DNA of 59,210 nucleotides from assembly GCA_044377005.1 (NCBI GenBank), contig JBILJV010000005.1, positions 1-59,210 of the forward strand, in the 5' to 3' direction. Source of the stretch: Bacteroidia bacterium. Its GTDB lineage: Bacteria > Bacteroidota > Bacteroidia > NS11-12g > UBA955. A program made the position numbers and the translations under genes. The notes under the pieces are model-generated. The model did not search any database and had not been told where the DNA came from. It saw only the letters and a program-made list of their open reading frames with translations. The first letter of the stretch is position 1. Each line of letters starts with the position of its first letter. Shown here in pieces: positions 58,288-59,210 of the stretch.

Positions 58288-59208
58288 TTAAAATCGTCTT
58301 TCAACTTGCCAAATTTTTCCTGTTTTAAAATCATAGCGACTGTGAAATACAATAACATCATCCACCATGGTTTTGATGTAATAATACCTGTTTTGGTATT
58401 CAGAAGCATCAAAGCTATACCCTAATGTTTGTTTGCCTTTGGGAACAGCATTGTTGACATACAATTCTCTGACACAAATATTAACGGAATCAAACAAACC
58501 AATTTGAACTTTACTACTGCGAGGACCTTGCAAATTAACTTGCCCTCTTACAGTTAGTTTGGGACGGTATTCGGTGGCGTGATAGTTGCGTTTGTAATCG
58601 TTTTTGGGAGGAGGTGGAGGCATTGGTTTACCAGTTAATTTAGACATAAACTTATGAAGCTTGTTGGTACTTAAAGTATCAAAACCGATGACATTGTCCA
58701 ACGATTGATTATTGACCAAAACCCAAACTGCATTTTGTCCTTCATACGACCCTTGCAAATTTTCTTTGGAAATAAAATCGACCATTGAACACACTTTAGG
58801 TTCTGCTTTTTTGCCCAATTGGTAAGTTATTTTTTTACTTCCTGGGGCTGCATCGTGCGATTCAACACAAAAACCATAAAGCAACTGACTACTTTTTTCT
58901 TCATTGGCTGCCAAAGGCATTTGAACATCGTTGCTAATAATAATGGTTTGGTATTGTGGCAAATCAGGCTCAAACATACTGCCTTTTTCAACCTTTAGTT
59001 TAATGGGATAATTTTTTAAATTCGTTACTTGCAACAGAATAGGTTGACCATAATGGGATGATTTGGTATTGTTATAAACTTGAACCGTAACCAACTTTTT
59101 CAGCAGGGCATCCTTTAGGGTGTATTCGTTGTTAGAGTTGTTAACAAAAGCCGTTGAAACCAAAATAACGACAATTGTAAATGCAAAAATTAAAAGCTTG
59201 TGATTCAT
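58288..59208 (-). CDS. Secreted hypothetical protein: Cys/Gln-motif domain, Pro linker and Ig-like (FlgD/T9SS-CTD-like) tail
   Basis: Signal-like N terminus, YQTII, GFCVE, QNAVW and PMPPPPP. C-terminal VQIGLFD...VREL...G.QT..FDAS....YYIK. Sequence upstream of the start lies outside the window. Confidence 0.6.
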   Translation of the reverse strand: MNHKLLIFAFTIVVILVSTAFVNNSNNEYTLKDALLKKLVTVQVYNNTKSSHYGQPILLQVTNLKNYPIKLKVEKGSMFEPDLPQYQTIIISNDVQMPLAANEEKSSQLLYGFCVESHDAAPGSKKITYQLGKKAEPKVCSMVDFISKENLQGSYEGQNAVWVLVNNQSLDNVIGFDTLSTNKLHKFMSKLTGKPMPPPPPKNDYKRNYHATEYRPKLTVRGQVNLQGPRSSKVQIGLFDSVNICVRELYVNNAVPKGKQTLGYSFDASEYQNRYYYIKTMVDDVIVFHSRYDFKTGKIWQVERRF

Positions 59209-59210
59209 GA

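Noticed and set aside
1-59210. CRISPR arrays, rRNA/tRNA genes, IS elements, prophage or defence genes
   Set aside because: No regularly spaced repeats, no structured-RNA gene signatures, and no transposase, integrase, nuclease or phage motifs were seen.

Overview
AT-rich, densely coding core-genome segment of a Bacteroidota bacterium, probably an aerobic free-living lineage. The phylum call rests on recurrent TAnnTTTG (-7) promoter elements, lipoprotein/TonB/DUF4249/WG-repeat genes, Bacteroidota-type purM and dapD, and the rpmB-rpmG-DUF4295-ftsY-rimO synteny. About 55 CDS are supported, mostly housekeeping (proS, leuS, gdhA, psd, guaB, hutI, kynU, folA, mce, recR, prmA, iscSUA, nfuA, bshA, bshC) plus envelope and unknown proteins. 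I found no rRNA, tRNA, CRISPR array or transposase/integrase. One real gene is missing from the ORF track (50-aa DUF4295/bL38 at 36652-36804), and nine starts are re-called downstream. The strongest second-look candidates are: (1) divergent hutI and gamma-carbonic-anhydrase-like genes whose start codons overlap in one CATG, each with its candidate promoter inside the other gene; (2) a secreted protein with Cys-Gln thioester-domain-like motifs in permuted order; (3) regulatory architecture around an iscR-less iscSUA-PAP2 operon; (4) a prion-like low-complexity lipoprotein paired with a FadL-like barrel; (5) an AAA+/VWA pair and an orphan AT-rich two-component system. All family calls come from motif recognition without database searches.
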